From positions 96,001 to 160,000 of the forward strand of contig MTLY02000001.1 in the NCBI GenBank assembly GCA_002011035.2: a DNA stretch of 64,000 nt. The letters are read 5' to 3'. This document shows, piece by piece, positions 19,979-29,001 of this stretch. How positions within the stretch are numbered: the first letter of the stretch is position 1; each line of letters begins with the position of its first letter. The position numbers and the translations under genes are program-made. A model generated the notes under the pieces. That model was not told where the DNA came from and searched no databases. It worked only from the letters and a program-made list of their open reading frames with translations. The DNA is from Candidatus Hecatella orcuttiae. Its GTDB lineage: Archaea > Thermoproteota > Bathyarchaeia > Hecatellales > Hecatellaceae.

Positions 19979-21076
19979 TTGGTCCTAGAAAAAGTCCAAG
20001 AAATACTGGATAAAGGGCTATGCCATTTATATTATGGCTTATCCTTTCTCGCCGTATTAGCTCAAGAACTCTACAACTTGAAAGATCATAGGCAAATGAA
20101 AAGAGACTCTGCTTATAAAGAAGAGTACAAAGCAGTGAGATTAGGGTTTAAACATAAACCCCAATTGGGCTTTTGCTCCTACCTACCGGATGTGCTCCAT
20201 TACGGTGAAAAAATCATAAAACTCATCAGCAGCCTCAATGCAAGATGGCTTAGAACAGATTTCCCCTACTCTATGTTAGGCCGTGGAGAAAGCGGGGTTC
20301 TCCCCGTCGACGAGATCGTCGAGAAAGCTTATCGAGAAGGAATCCAGCTTCTACCTATCCTAGGAACATGGACTGTAGGCAGACCGAAGCCGCCAAAAGA
20401 TTCCAAGAATTTTCTGCAATATGTTGAAAAAATTGTCAGCAGATATAACGGCCGAATAGACAGCTACGAATTTTGGAACGAACCCAACTGCGTATGGTTT
20501 TGGAGAGACTCCGTGAACGGATTCTGTGAACTGATGGATTCAGCGGCTCGAAAGGTTAAGGAAGTTGATCCTAAAATTAAATTCGGGGTCAACATAGCTT
20601 GGCATTGGAGCCTCGGATGTTCTTGGGCGCTTAAATTCATTCGCGCTGTATCGAAAATAACCGGGTTAAGCCATGTTGACTTCATAGGGCTTCACGGATA
20701 TCCCGGAACATGGGAAACGGGCAACGCGAATACATGGCGGAACAGAATCCGGGAAACAAAAGAAACATTAAAAGCTCTAGGCCACGAGGATAAAGAAATA
20801 TGGGTGACCGAATTTGGCTTTTACGCTTTCAAAAATAGATTGTTTTATCCCCATATTCCACGAAACCAAACTGAATATTTTCGAGAAGCTTTTAAAGCAA
20901 TGGCGGAAGCGGAAGTTCCTGTTGCCATATGGTACTGTCTCCATGACCCTCTAACGTTTTCTAACTTTAACCTTCAAAGATTCACTTACCAAGAATTTGG
21001 ATTTGGACTTTACACAAAAAATCTTAAACCAAAAGACCCTATGGTAGTCGAGGTTATTCGAGAACTCGCGTCCTAG
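19979..21076 (+). CDS. Clan GH-A glycoside hydrolase (GH5/GH39-like)
   Basis: YEFWNEPN (acid/base), GLHGY, IWVTEFG (nucleophile). Confidence 0.8.
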   Translation: MVLEKVQEILDKGLCHLYYGLSFLAVLAQELYNLKDHRQMKRDSAYKEEYKAVRLGFKHKPQLGFCSYLPDVLHYGEKIIKLISSLNARWLRTDFPYSMLGRGESGVLPVDEIVEKAYREGIQLLPILGTWTVGRPKPPKDSKNFLQYVEKIVSRYNGRIDSYEFWNEPNCVWFWRDSVNGFCELMDSAARKVKEVDPKIKFGVNIAWHWSLGCSWALKFIRAVSKITGLSHVDFIGLHGYPGTWETGNANTWRNRIRETKETLKALGHEDKEIWVTEFGFYAFKNRLFYPHIPRNQTEYFREAFKAMAEAEVPVAIWYCLHDPLTFSNFNLQRFTYQEFGFGLYTKNLKPKDPMVVEVIRELAS

Positions 21077-22695
21077 CTGGCGGACTGAGCATATATAAAA
21101 CCTGCGTTTCCACCTCCAAGTTCTACGTCGTATTTCAGAGGCTCCCTCTTCAGTTCATTCCAACGTATTTTAGAGCGACTTACCCAGCTGAACTTTCTGA
21201 GCAGACTCTTTGTGTAAATCCTCGTCCAGTCCAGTTGAACATGGTCAGACCAGGCTTTGAAAATCCTTGGATCAATGTAGTTTTTCAGAGAAGTATTCAA
21301 ATTATATTCTTTTGTAGCTTCCGCCATCTTCATGGCCAGCCGAAGCTTGGTAACCTTTTCCCTCCACCTTTCCAGCTGCTTCTCCGTTTTGGGATGCTGG
21401 GCTTCAGCCTTCGCCAACATCTCCCGCTTTTTTTCCATCGATTTCTCCCATGTTGAGGGAGGAGTTCTTTTATGGTTTAAGGTTATAGCAGCCAAGAGGT
21501 TAGCGAGTCTAGCGTAGTAGATCCGGGTGGCTTCGTAGCCATCGTTTAACTTGACGTTTCTGCTGAGATAGCCTCTGACTACGTCGGAGGCAATGAAAGT
21601 TCTGAAAACCTTAGCCGTTAAACCGGGCATAGCCTTGTTCAGAAAGCGATTCACTTGGGATGAACGTACCCCATCGAACACCTGATCACCCGGGCGCTTA
21701 TCTTTCATCAATGATTTGAGGTTGTCGAGAAATTTCGGGTTTATCTTATTGACAGGGAGAGATTTATGCCATCGGACACTGTCTTTTCCGAGAAAATCAA
21801 ACTCTACACTGCCACGGTTCAGGCGAATGTGCTCAACTCTGAGGGTTGACGCTCCGACGGTGTCCGCTTCATCCTCATCTTTCTCATCGCCAACCCTCAT
21901 AGCTAAGGTGTCGATGAGGTAAGTCACCGTTGCTAATCTTCGCTCCTTCTCGTCGTGGGAAGATAGTTTTCTTTCTATGAAACGTCTGACCGAGTCTATC
22001 TTTGAAGAGAGACGTCGGGCTTTTTCGTACTTTTCTCTTTCCCTCTTCTGCTTCAGTGAAGACGTGTCAGAGAGCCAAACGTATTTCTCTTTACCCGAGA
22101 GTTTATCCACCCACTTAGCCAGCCACATGGAGTTGTGATCGTGCACAATGTCTTTCCATTCACCTTTCGGTATAGGGGCATCTTCTCCCAAGTTTAGGAT
22201 GACATCTTGAGGGTAAATTCTAGGCTTCCACCTGCCTCGGAGGGGATGGTTGCCCCTTCCCATGAAGATGCCGGGGGGTTCCACCATCCAGTTGGCTACC
22301 TCTGTTTTCTTGCCGTTAACTTCAGCATAGCCGAACTTGGCTTTCAGCTCTTCTCTGCGCTTCTTTCTCTCAGCTGAGATTGCTTTTTTCTCCTCTTTAC
22401 TCATGGTCAGCTTTCTGTTTTTCTCCTCGTCTACGTATCGGTAGAGCTCTGAAAAGTCAATGTCCTCAATGGTTATGCCGCGAAATTCGCGGCCGAGTTT
22501 TTCTGCGAAGTCGTGGACAAAATTCGCCGCGAATATTTCATCTTTGACGTAGGGTGTATCTTTCTTTTTAGCCCAAGCGTAGGCCATTTCCTCCTGCTCA
22601 GGTGTGAGGGTGATTTTTTTGCCCTTGACGGTGATGGAGAACGATTTCGGAATGTAGGGCTCGGGAAAAGCTACCCCGTTATGTTTTAAAGTCAC
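21073..22695 (-). CDS. top1: Eukaryote-like DNA topoisomerase IB (true start probably slightly upstream)
   Basis: (KW)VTLKHNG, VEPPG.F.GRG.HP..G, MRVGDEK, ADTVG, FDFLGKDS, GLTAKVFRT, LNHKR, TSLKNYIDPRI (catalytic Tyr). Confidence 0.95.
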   Translation of the reverse strand: MTLKHNGVAFPEPYIPKSFSITVKGKKITLTPEQEEMAYAWAKKKDTPYVKDEIFAANFVHDFAEKLGREFRGITIEDIDFSELYRYVDEEKNRKLTMSKEEKKAISAERKKRREELKAKFGYAEVNGKKTEVANWMVEPPGIFMGRGNHPLRGRWKPRIYPQDVILNLGEDAPIPKGEWKDIVHDHNSMWLAKWVDKLSGKEKYVWLSDTSSLKQKREREKYEKARRLSSKIDSVRRFIERKLSSHDEKERRLATVTYLIDTLAMRVGDEKDEDEADTVGASTLRVEHIRLNRGSVEFDFLGKDSVRWHKSLPVNKINPKFLDNLKSLMKDKRPGDQVFDGVRSSQVNRFLNKAMPGLTAKVFRTFIASDVVRGYLSRNVKLNDGYEATRIYYARLANLLAAITLNHKRTPPSTWEKSMEKKREMLAKAEAQHPKTEKQLERWREKVTKLRLAMKMAEATKEYNLNTSLKNYIDPRIFKAWSDHVQLDWTRIYTKSLLRKFSWVSRSKIRWNELKREPLKYDVELGGGNAGFIYAQSAS

Positions 22696-22920
22696 CCACT
22701 TTCTCGCCGTTTTCCCCAGTCCACCTTCGCTTCCTTGCGCAGTAATATAGGCTCAAATGTTATCAACCTCTTTATTAGATTTAGCTCGAGCATGTCCTAA
22801 AGCAAATTCATGCCCACTAAGCCATGCATACAGCAGATGGAAACTTTACATACAGAAAAGTACGGGTGGATAAGAAGGCTGAATACTTTTTTTTACAGTA
22901 ACACAAATTCGCTTCTGGAG

Positions 22921-23024
22921 TGGCGGGCCCGAGGGGATTTGAACCCCTGATCTTCGGCTCCGGAGGCTTTCGCCCTCTTTACAGGAGAGAGGTCAACGTC
23001 CTATCCAAGCTGGACCACGGGCCC
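22921..23024 (-). tRNA. tRNA-Arg(CCG) with 26-nt intron at position 29/30 (22968-22993); CCA encoded
   Basis: GGGCCCG acceptor stem, GTCC/GGAC D stem, TTG^GC/GCCGA anticodon stem after intron removal, loop CTCCGGA, GGTTCAAATCC T arm. Confidence 0.92.
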
Positions 23025-23143
23025 TCCAAAATAAAAATGGCGCGGAGATAACTATAAGAAGATTCCTGAAACCTCCCCGAATTTTCCGGATTTAAACTTT
23101 GAGGATGAGGATTTTCGGTGAAGCTGATTTTTCATTGATCCAT

Positions 23144-23969
23144 TTAGGCTTTTCTTGTACGTAGAAAGCTGGTTATTACCTTAGCGGCTTCCTCCGGCTT
23201 TTCGAAGAAAATGGCATGTCCGCAGTTCTTTATCACCTTTAGTCGTGCTTGACGTATTTTTTCGCTGATGACTTTGCCTCCTCCACCTTTAGGTCCTTGC
23301 TCTAAGGGGATTATGAGATCGGCTTCGCCGGCTAGCACAAGCGTCGGCGCGTCTATACGGTGAAGTTGATCTATGATATTGAAGTTTGCCATGGCCTTGC
23401 AGGAGGATTTAAAGATTTCTGGAGTATTGTTCTCAGCAAAGATCTTCTTTACTAGCTTTAACGCCTGAGGAGCCTCGTTGCTGTCGAGAAATCTTCAGGA
23501 CAAAGCTTGAAGGGATGTAAGTTCAGATAGAGTTTCCAAGTTTACTCCCATTTTCTCCGCTACATCTCCCCAAACTTTGAATAACAGTTTTGTAGCTTCA
23601 TCCATTTTGCATGCAGAGCAACTTATGATCAGCTTCTCAAGTTTTTCAGGGTACTTTAAGGCAAATTGCATAGCGACCATTCCTCCCATAGAAGCCCTGT
23701 GAACGTGGGTTCTAGGAATATTCAGAGCCTCCAGTAGGCCCTTAAGATCGTCGGCCCAAAGTTCTATGGAATATTCTTGCAAAGGTCTATCTGAAAGGCC
23801 GAACCCTCTCATGTCGTAATTCAATAATCTTAAACTTTTTTCGCAGCAAAGGAGTAATGGCTGCGAAGTGTTCATGGCCTAAGCCTAATCCATGAACTTG
23901 AACGAGGGTTTCTCCTTTTCCTTCGAACTCATACCATAAGTTAACCTCGTGCACTTTAATTTTCGGCAT
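23144..23969 (-). pseudogene. Alpha/beta hydrolase pseudogene
   Basis: Three ORF-track fragments join into one hydrolase (VHGLG, YDMRGFG.S, SMGG, PTLVLAGE.D, CGH). Frameshift at about 23820, G-to-R in the GxSxG motif (23696-98), in-frame TGA at 23495-97. Confidence 0.85.
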
Positions 23970-24077
23970 ACGAATCACCTTCAGCCATCTGAAACTTTAT
24001 GCAACTTAATTTCTATTATCCAAGAGAAAAACCTTTATTCTAAAAACTGTTATGAAGCGTGAAGTAGGTGGGGTTTC

Positions 24078-25484
24078 ATGGCCTCAATCTTAGAAGCAGA
24101 TGTCACTGTTCTTGGTGGAGGCCCGGGAGGTTATGTGGCAGCTATCCGTGCGGCTCAACTGGGCGGAAAAATTGTTCTAGTAGAAAGGGACAGAGTAGGA
24201 GGCACGTGTCTAAATAGAGGATGCATCCCAACTAAGGTTCTGATGACCTCCGCCGAAATAATATACATGTTGAAGAAAGCAAAAGATTTCGGAATAACTG
24301 TTCCTCAGCCTTCCATAAATCTTCTCGCCTTACAAAAACAGAAAGAACACGTGGTGGGGACGTTGGTGAGAGGTGTGGAGGCTCTTCTCAGACATAACGG
24401 CGTCACGCTTCTTCGAGGTTTTGGAAAACTTCTCAGCTGCGAAGAGCTTGAGGTCGTGGGATCCAACGGCTCCGCCATTAGAGTGAAATCCAAAAAATTC
24501 ATCTTAGCTCCCGGTTCCCGTGCTCCAGATCCTAGAAGTCTAGGTTTTGAGGGAGAGGGCGTTCTCAACACTGATGAGGCATTGGAGTTGGAGGACGTGC
24601 CTCGAAGCTTGTTGGTGGTGGGAGCCGGGCCTTCCGGCTTGGAGTTTGCTTGTATTTTCAGGCACCTAGGCTCGGAAGTCACCGTGGTGGAAATGATGCC
24701 TCAAATCTTACCAGGGGAGGATGGCGAAGCTGCATCCCTGCACAGGCAAACGTTGGAGAGGGAGGGAACTAAAATTTACACCGAAACCAAACTTAAGGAA
24801 ATCCGCGAAACAGGGAACGGGCTCTCTATGAAAGCCGTGTTGATGACAGGCGATGGTGAGAAAGAGGTAGAAGCAGAGATAGTCATAGTAGCTTTCGGAA
24901 GAGTTGCCAACTTGGAAGGCATAGGCTTGGAGAAAGCTGGAGTAAAAGTTGAAAAAGGCAAAATCACCGTGGTAAACGACAAGATGGAGACCACGTCTCC
25001 CGGGATCTACGCTGTGGGAGACGCCATCGGCAGCCTCTACGCCCATCAAGCCTACGCCGAGGGAATTGTCGCTGCCGAGAATGCCATGGGCAAGGAGTCT
25101 CACATGGACGGCAAGACTGTTCCCCGCTGCGTCTTCACAATTCCGGAATTGGCAGCTGTAGGCATGACTGAAGAGCAGGCAAGGAACTCAGGTGTGAAAA
25201 TCAAGGTGGGAAGGTTTCCATTCGCCTATAATGGCAGAGCCCTCACCTTGGGGAAGCCAGAGGGGCAGGTGAAGGTTATAACAGAGGAAGATACTGGAAA
25301 AATCTTAGGCGTTCACATTATTGGCCCTCATGCTACAGAACTGATAGCTGAGGCAGCTTTAGCTGTGAAATTAAACTGCACCATGGACGGATTAGCTGAG
25401 ACCATTCACGCCCATCCGACACTGTCCGAGGCTTTTAAGGAGGCAGTACTGGACGCGGGAGGGAAGGTTCTTCACAAAATTTGA
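24078..25484 (+). CDS. lpdA: Dihydrolipoamide dehydrogenase (E3)
   Basis: GGGPGGYVAAIRAAQLG, GGTCLNRGCIP, HAHPTLSE. Confidence 0.95.
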   Translation: MASILEADVTVLGGGPGGYVAAIRAAQLGGKIVLVERDRVGGTCLNRGCIPTKVLMTSAEIIYMLKKAKDFGITVPQPSINLLALQKQKEHVVGTLVRGVEALLRHNGVTLLRGFGKLLSCEELEVVGSNGSAIRVKSKKFILAPGSRAPDPRSLGFEGEGVLNTDEALELEDVPRSLLVVGAGPSGLEFACIFRHLGSEVTVVEMMPQILPGEDGEAASLHRQTLEREGTKIYTETKLKEIRETGNGLSMKAVLMTGDGEKEVEAEIVIVAFGRVANLEGIGLEKAGVKVEKGKITVVNDKMETTSPGIYAVGDAIGSLYAHQAYAEGIVAAENAMGKESHMDGKTVPRCVFTIPELAAVGMTEEQARNSGVKIKVGRFPFAYNGRALTLGKPEGQVKVITEEDTGKILGVHIIGPHATELIAEAALAVKLNCTMDGLAETIHAHPTLSEAFKEAVLDAGGKVLHKI

Positions 25485-25566
25485 ACCGGCTTTCGAATAG
25501 GCCTAGGTGGGAAAGCTTAATTGTTCTTCCCCGCTTTAAATAGGGCGTGCTGGAAGGAGAGAGCTT

Positions 25567-26763
25567 ATGCCTGCTAGGGTTCTCATGCCGAAGCTAGGTT
25601 TGACGATGAAAGAAGGCACTGTCGTTAAATGGCTTAAAAAAGAAGGGGACACCGTTGAAAAAGATGAACCTCTTGTTGAGATCGAAACAGAAAAGATATC
25701 CCACACTATCCAAGCTCCAGCATCAGGAGTGTTGCTAAAAATCCTAGCCCCCTCTAGGACTATTGTTCCCATCGGCCGAACGATTGGGTTTGTAGGCGAA
25801 ATTGGAGAGCCGTTGCCCCCTGTGGAGGAGGCTCCCCCTGCACCTGAGAAGCCTACTGTTGAAGCCAAGCCATTGGCGCCGTCGACTCCACCGTCTCATC
25901 CGACGGGCGCTCCCCCTAAGGCTTCGCCTAGGGCTAAGCTGTTGGCTAAGGAGAAAGGAGTAAATCTAGCTGAAGTGGTGGGCTCCGGTCCGGGAGGAGT
26001 AATCTTAGAGAAAGATGTGCTCAAGCATCTTGAAGAGGTTAGGTATAGAACCCAAGCCGGGTTAAAGGTAAAGCAGATAATTCCCATGTCGGAGAAGAGG
26101 AGGGTTATCGCAAAAAGGATGACTTCCAGTCTCCAAACCATGGCCCAGCTTACCATCACCATGGAGGCTGACGCTACGGCTCTTCAGACTTTCAGAAAGA
26201 AAATGGTGGAAGAAGCTGAAAAAACAGGAGTCCGCATAACCTACACGGACATATTGGTCAAAGTCGCTGCAAAGACTTTGGAGGAATTTCCCCTCTTCAA
26301 CGCAGTGTTGGAAGACTGGGAGATAAAACTCATTGAAGAAATAAACGTCAACGTAGCTGTGGCAACGGAAGCAGGGCTTACAGTTCCTGTCATTAAAGAT
26401 GCGGACAAGAAATCTTTGACAGAGGTCTCCCTGAACTTGAGAAGTCTTGTGGAGAGGGCTAAACAGGGAACTCTAACTGTGGAAGATGTGAGCGGGGGGA
26501 CCTTCACCATCACAAATTTGGGCATGTTTGAAGTCGACGTCTTCACTCCCATCATCAACCCGCCGCAGACAGCTATCCTAGCCGTGGGGAGGATTGTGGA
26601 AAAACCTGTGGTGTCCGGAGGAGCTATCGTAGCCAAGCCTATGACGACTTTGAGCCTTACCTTTGATCATAGAGTGATCGATGGAGACGTAGCCGCGCGG
26701 TTTCTCCAGAGAATAAAAGAAATACTTCAGAATGAAAACATGTTGACCGAGATTTGTAGATAA
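25567..26763 (+). CDS. Dihydrolipoamide acyltransferase (E2)
   Basis: Lipoyl domain EIETEK, E3-binding GSGPGG.I, FDHRVIDG. Confidence 0.93.
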   Translation: MPARVLMPKLGLTMKEGTVVKWLKKEGDTVEKDEPLVEIETEKISHTIQAPASGVLLKILAPSRTIVPIGRTIGFVGEIGEPLPPVEEAPPAPEKPTVEAKPLAPSTPPSHPTGAPPKASPRAKLLAKEKGVNLAEVVGSGPGGVILEKDVLKHLEEVRYRTQAGLKVKQIIPMSEKRRVIAKRMTSSLQTMAQLTITMEADATALQTFRKKMVEEAEKTGVRITYTDILVKVAAKTLEEFPLFNAVLEDWEIKLIEEINVNVAVATEAGLTVPVIKDADKKSLTEVSLNLRSLVERAKQGTLTVEDVSGGTFTITNLGMFEVDVFTPIINPPQTAILAVGRIVEKPVVSGGAIVAKPMTTLSLTFDHRVIDGDVAARFLQRIKEILQNENMLTEICR

Positions 26764-26857
26764 ATGGCAGACAGCTTTTTTCCCTGCTTGTATACTAAAA
26801 ACCGAATTCAAGCGCCTATCTCCTGTAATTGCAGCGGATCATTTTCGCTTATGCCTA

Positions 26858-27865
26858 TTACTTTCCCACGACTTCCCTTACAGTTCGGATTAGGCTTTGG
26901 GTACTCGGTATAATGGTGCTCTCAAGGATGGGGCTGAAAGGTATGGGTATGTTGGGTGTTGCAATCCGCTTGATAGGAGCCTCCAGCTCAAAAAAGGCTT
27001 CATCGGCCACGAGGGCAGCCACCTCCGAGGCGAAGCCGCATCTTTCTCGGTCTTCGTCCATGATTATCAGACGACGAGTTTTCCTTACAGATTTGAGAAT
27101 GGCCTCCTTGTCTAGAGGGACCAAAGTTCTGGGGTCGATAACCTCCAAGCTGATTCCTTCCTGAACCAGTTTTTCAGCTGCCTCCAGAGCTTTGTGAACC
27201 ATCAAGCTCACGGCTACAACCGTGACATCTTTTCCTTCCCTTTTAATGTCCGCTACCCCAAGAGGTATAGTATAAGCTTCTTCCGGAACAGGCTGCCTCC
27301 CAGCTGTGGGAAGCCTATAGGTTTCTGATACGCCTAAGGATTTATGCTCCAAAAATATCACCGGGTTGTCATCCCGTATGGCTGAGATAAGTAAACCTTT
27401 AGCATCGTAGGGTGTAGACGGGACCACGACCTTCAACCCTGGAGTGTGCGCAAACATAGAGTAAAGGCATTGAGAGTGATGAGCGGCTGCCGAGACCCCT
27501 GCGCCTATGGACGCTCTGATCGTTAAGGGAACTTTAACTTGCCCACCGAAGATATAACGAGTTTGAGCTATCTGGTTGAGGATCTGGTCCATAGCTAACC
27601 CGATGAAGTCAGCAAACATTAAATCCACTACAGGTCTCAGCCCCGTGATCGCAGCGCCGAAGGCGATGCCGGTGAAGGCTGCCTCCGAAATGGGGGTATC
27701 CCTCACTCTCTCGGGGCCGAACTTTTCCAGTAGGCCATGAGTGGCGAAGAAAGCGCCTCCATAGAGGGCTATATCTTCACCCATAATGAAGACGGTTGGA
27801 TCTCGTTCCATTTCAAGCTTTAAGCCGTCGTTTACAGCCTCATGAAGGGATAACTGTCTCACCAT
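26858..27865 (-). CDS. acoB: Acetoin/2-oxoacid dehydrogenase E1 beta
   Basis: GEDI..YGG, DTPISE, AAHHSQ, PGLKVV.P, DPRTL.PLD. Confidence 0.85.
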   Translation of the reverse strand: MVRQLSLHEAVNDGLKLEMERDPTVFIMGEDIALYGGAFFATHGLLEKFGPERVRDTPISEAAFTGIAFGAAITGLRPVVDLMFADFIGLAMDQILNQIAQTRYIFGGQVKVPLTIRASIGAGVSAAAHHSQCLYSMFAHTPGLKVVVPSTPYDAKGLLISAIRDDNPVIFLEHKSLGVSETYRLPTAGRQPVPEEAYTIPLGVADIKREGKDVTVVAVSLMVHKALEAAEKLVQEGISLEVIDPRTLVPLDKEAILKSVRKTRRLIIMDEDRERCGFASEVAALVADEAFFELEAPIKRIATPNIPIPFSPILESTIIPSTQSLIRTVREVVGK

Positions 27866-27877
27866 CTACCAGTCACC

Positions 27878-28879
27878 TCAATAGAAATCCTCCACAAAAA
27901 TATCCTTGAAAGCGTCTTTAGGCAGTGGGTCCGGGCTTTCCTCAGCGAATTGCACAGCCTCTTCAACAATTTTCTTAGCTTTCGAACTGATGTCCTCGGC
28001 TTCTTTTTCAGTTAAGACGCCTGCCTCCATTAGCTTTTTCTTAAAGTTTAGTATCGGATCCTTTACAAGCCAACGTTCCAACTCTTCTTTGCTTCTGTAC
28101 ATGAGAGGGTCTCCCTCAAAATGCCCTCTGTACCTATATGTCTTACATTCTATCAGTGTTGGGCCTAGTTTCTCTCGAGCCCTCTGGACTGCTTCTTCTG
28201 CAGCCTTGTAGACGGCTAAGACATCCATGCCGTCAACTGTAAGGCCGGGGATATCGTAGCCTAGAGCTCTCTTGGACAGGTCTTCGATGGAACAACTGTA
28301 CTGCGACTGTATCTTCGTAGGTCTTGTGGGAAGGGAGGTAGCGTACAAATTGTTTTCCACAACAAATATTACCGGAAGCTTCCAAACAGCAGCTATGTTA
28401 AAGCACTCCTGAACCACCCCCTGATTTATGGCTCCGTCTCCAAAAAAAGCTACAGCCACCTGGTCCGTGTTTCTGATCCTAGCGGAGAGAGCGGCTCCCA
28501 CAGCCCAAGGGACGCTGGCTCCGACCACAGCACTTGCCCCCAGAACGCCCACCTCCAATTCAGCGAGATGCATAGAACCTCCCTTACCTTTGCAGCAACC
28601 TGTAGCTTTACCATAAAGCTCAGCCGTCATCTTTTTCATATCGCAGTCTTTGGCAATACAGTGCCCATGCGCTCTATGAGTGCTCGATATATAGTCACTT
28701 TTCTTAAGGTTCGCGCATACACCCACGGCTATTGCCTCCTCTCCAATGTAGAGGTGGACAAAGCCCGGAAGCTTGCCGGCAGCGAATATTTCGCCTATTT
28801 TTTCCTCATAAACTCTTATCAGGACCATTTTCTCATAGAGGCCGATGAGTTTCTCTTCAGGCAGAGAAAATGAGGACAA
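27878..28879 (-). CDS. acoA: Acetoin/2-oxoacid dehydrogenase E1 alpha
   Basis: GFVHLYIGEEA, STHR.HGH, GKGGSMH, GDGA...ENN TPP motif, YRYRGH. Confidence 0.85.
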   Translation of the reverse strand: MSSFSLPEEKLIGLYEKMVLIRVYEEKIGEIFAAGKLPGFVHLYIGEEAIAVGVCANLKKSDYISSTHRAHGHCIAKDCDMKKMTAELYGKATGCCKGKGGSMHLAELEVGVLGASAVVGASVPWAVGAALSARIRNTDQVAVAFFGDGAINQGVVQECFNIAAVWKLPVIFVVENNLYATSLPTRPTKIQSQYSCSIEDLSKRALGYDIPGLTVDGMDVLAVYKAAEEAVQRAREKLGPTLIECKTYRYRGHFEGDPLMYRSKEELERWLVKDPILNFKKKLMEAGVLTEKEAEDISSKAKKIVEEAVQFAEESPDPLPKDAFKDIFVEDFY

Positions 28880-29001
28880 ATTCTAATCTTCCCTCCAAAA
28901 TTCAAAAACCATCCTTTAGAACTTATTGAATATTATTTATTAATATTTTTAATTTCTAACCATTTATCTGCTGAGTTAAATTTTCATCAAAAACGGATCT
29001 C

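Noticed and set aside
23495-23497. In-frame TGA as selenocysteine
   Set aside because: The position is not a Cys-type site and the gene carries two other lesions; CGA-to-TGA decay is simpler.
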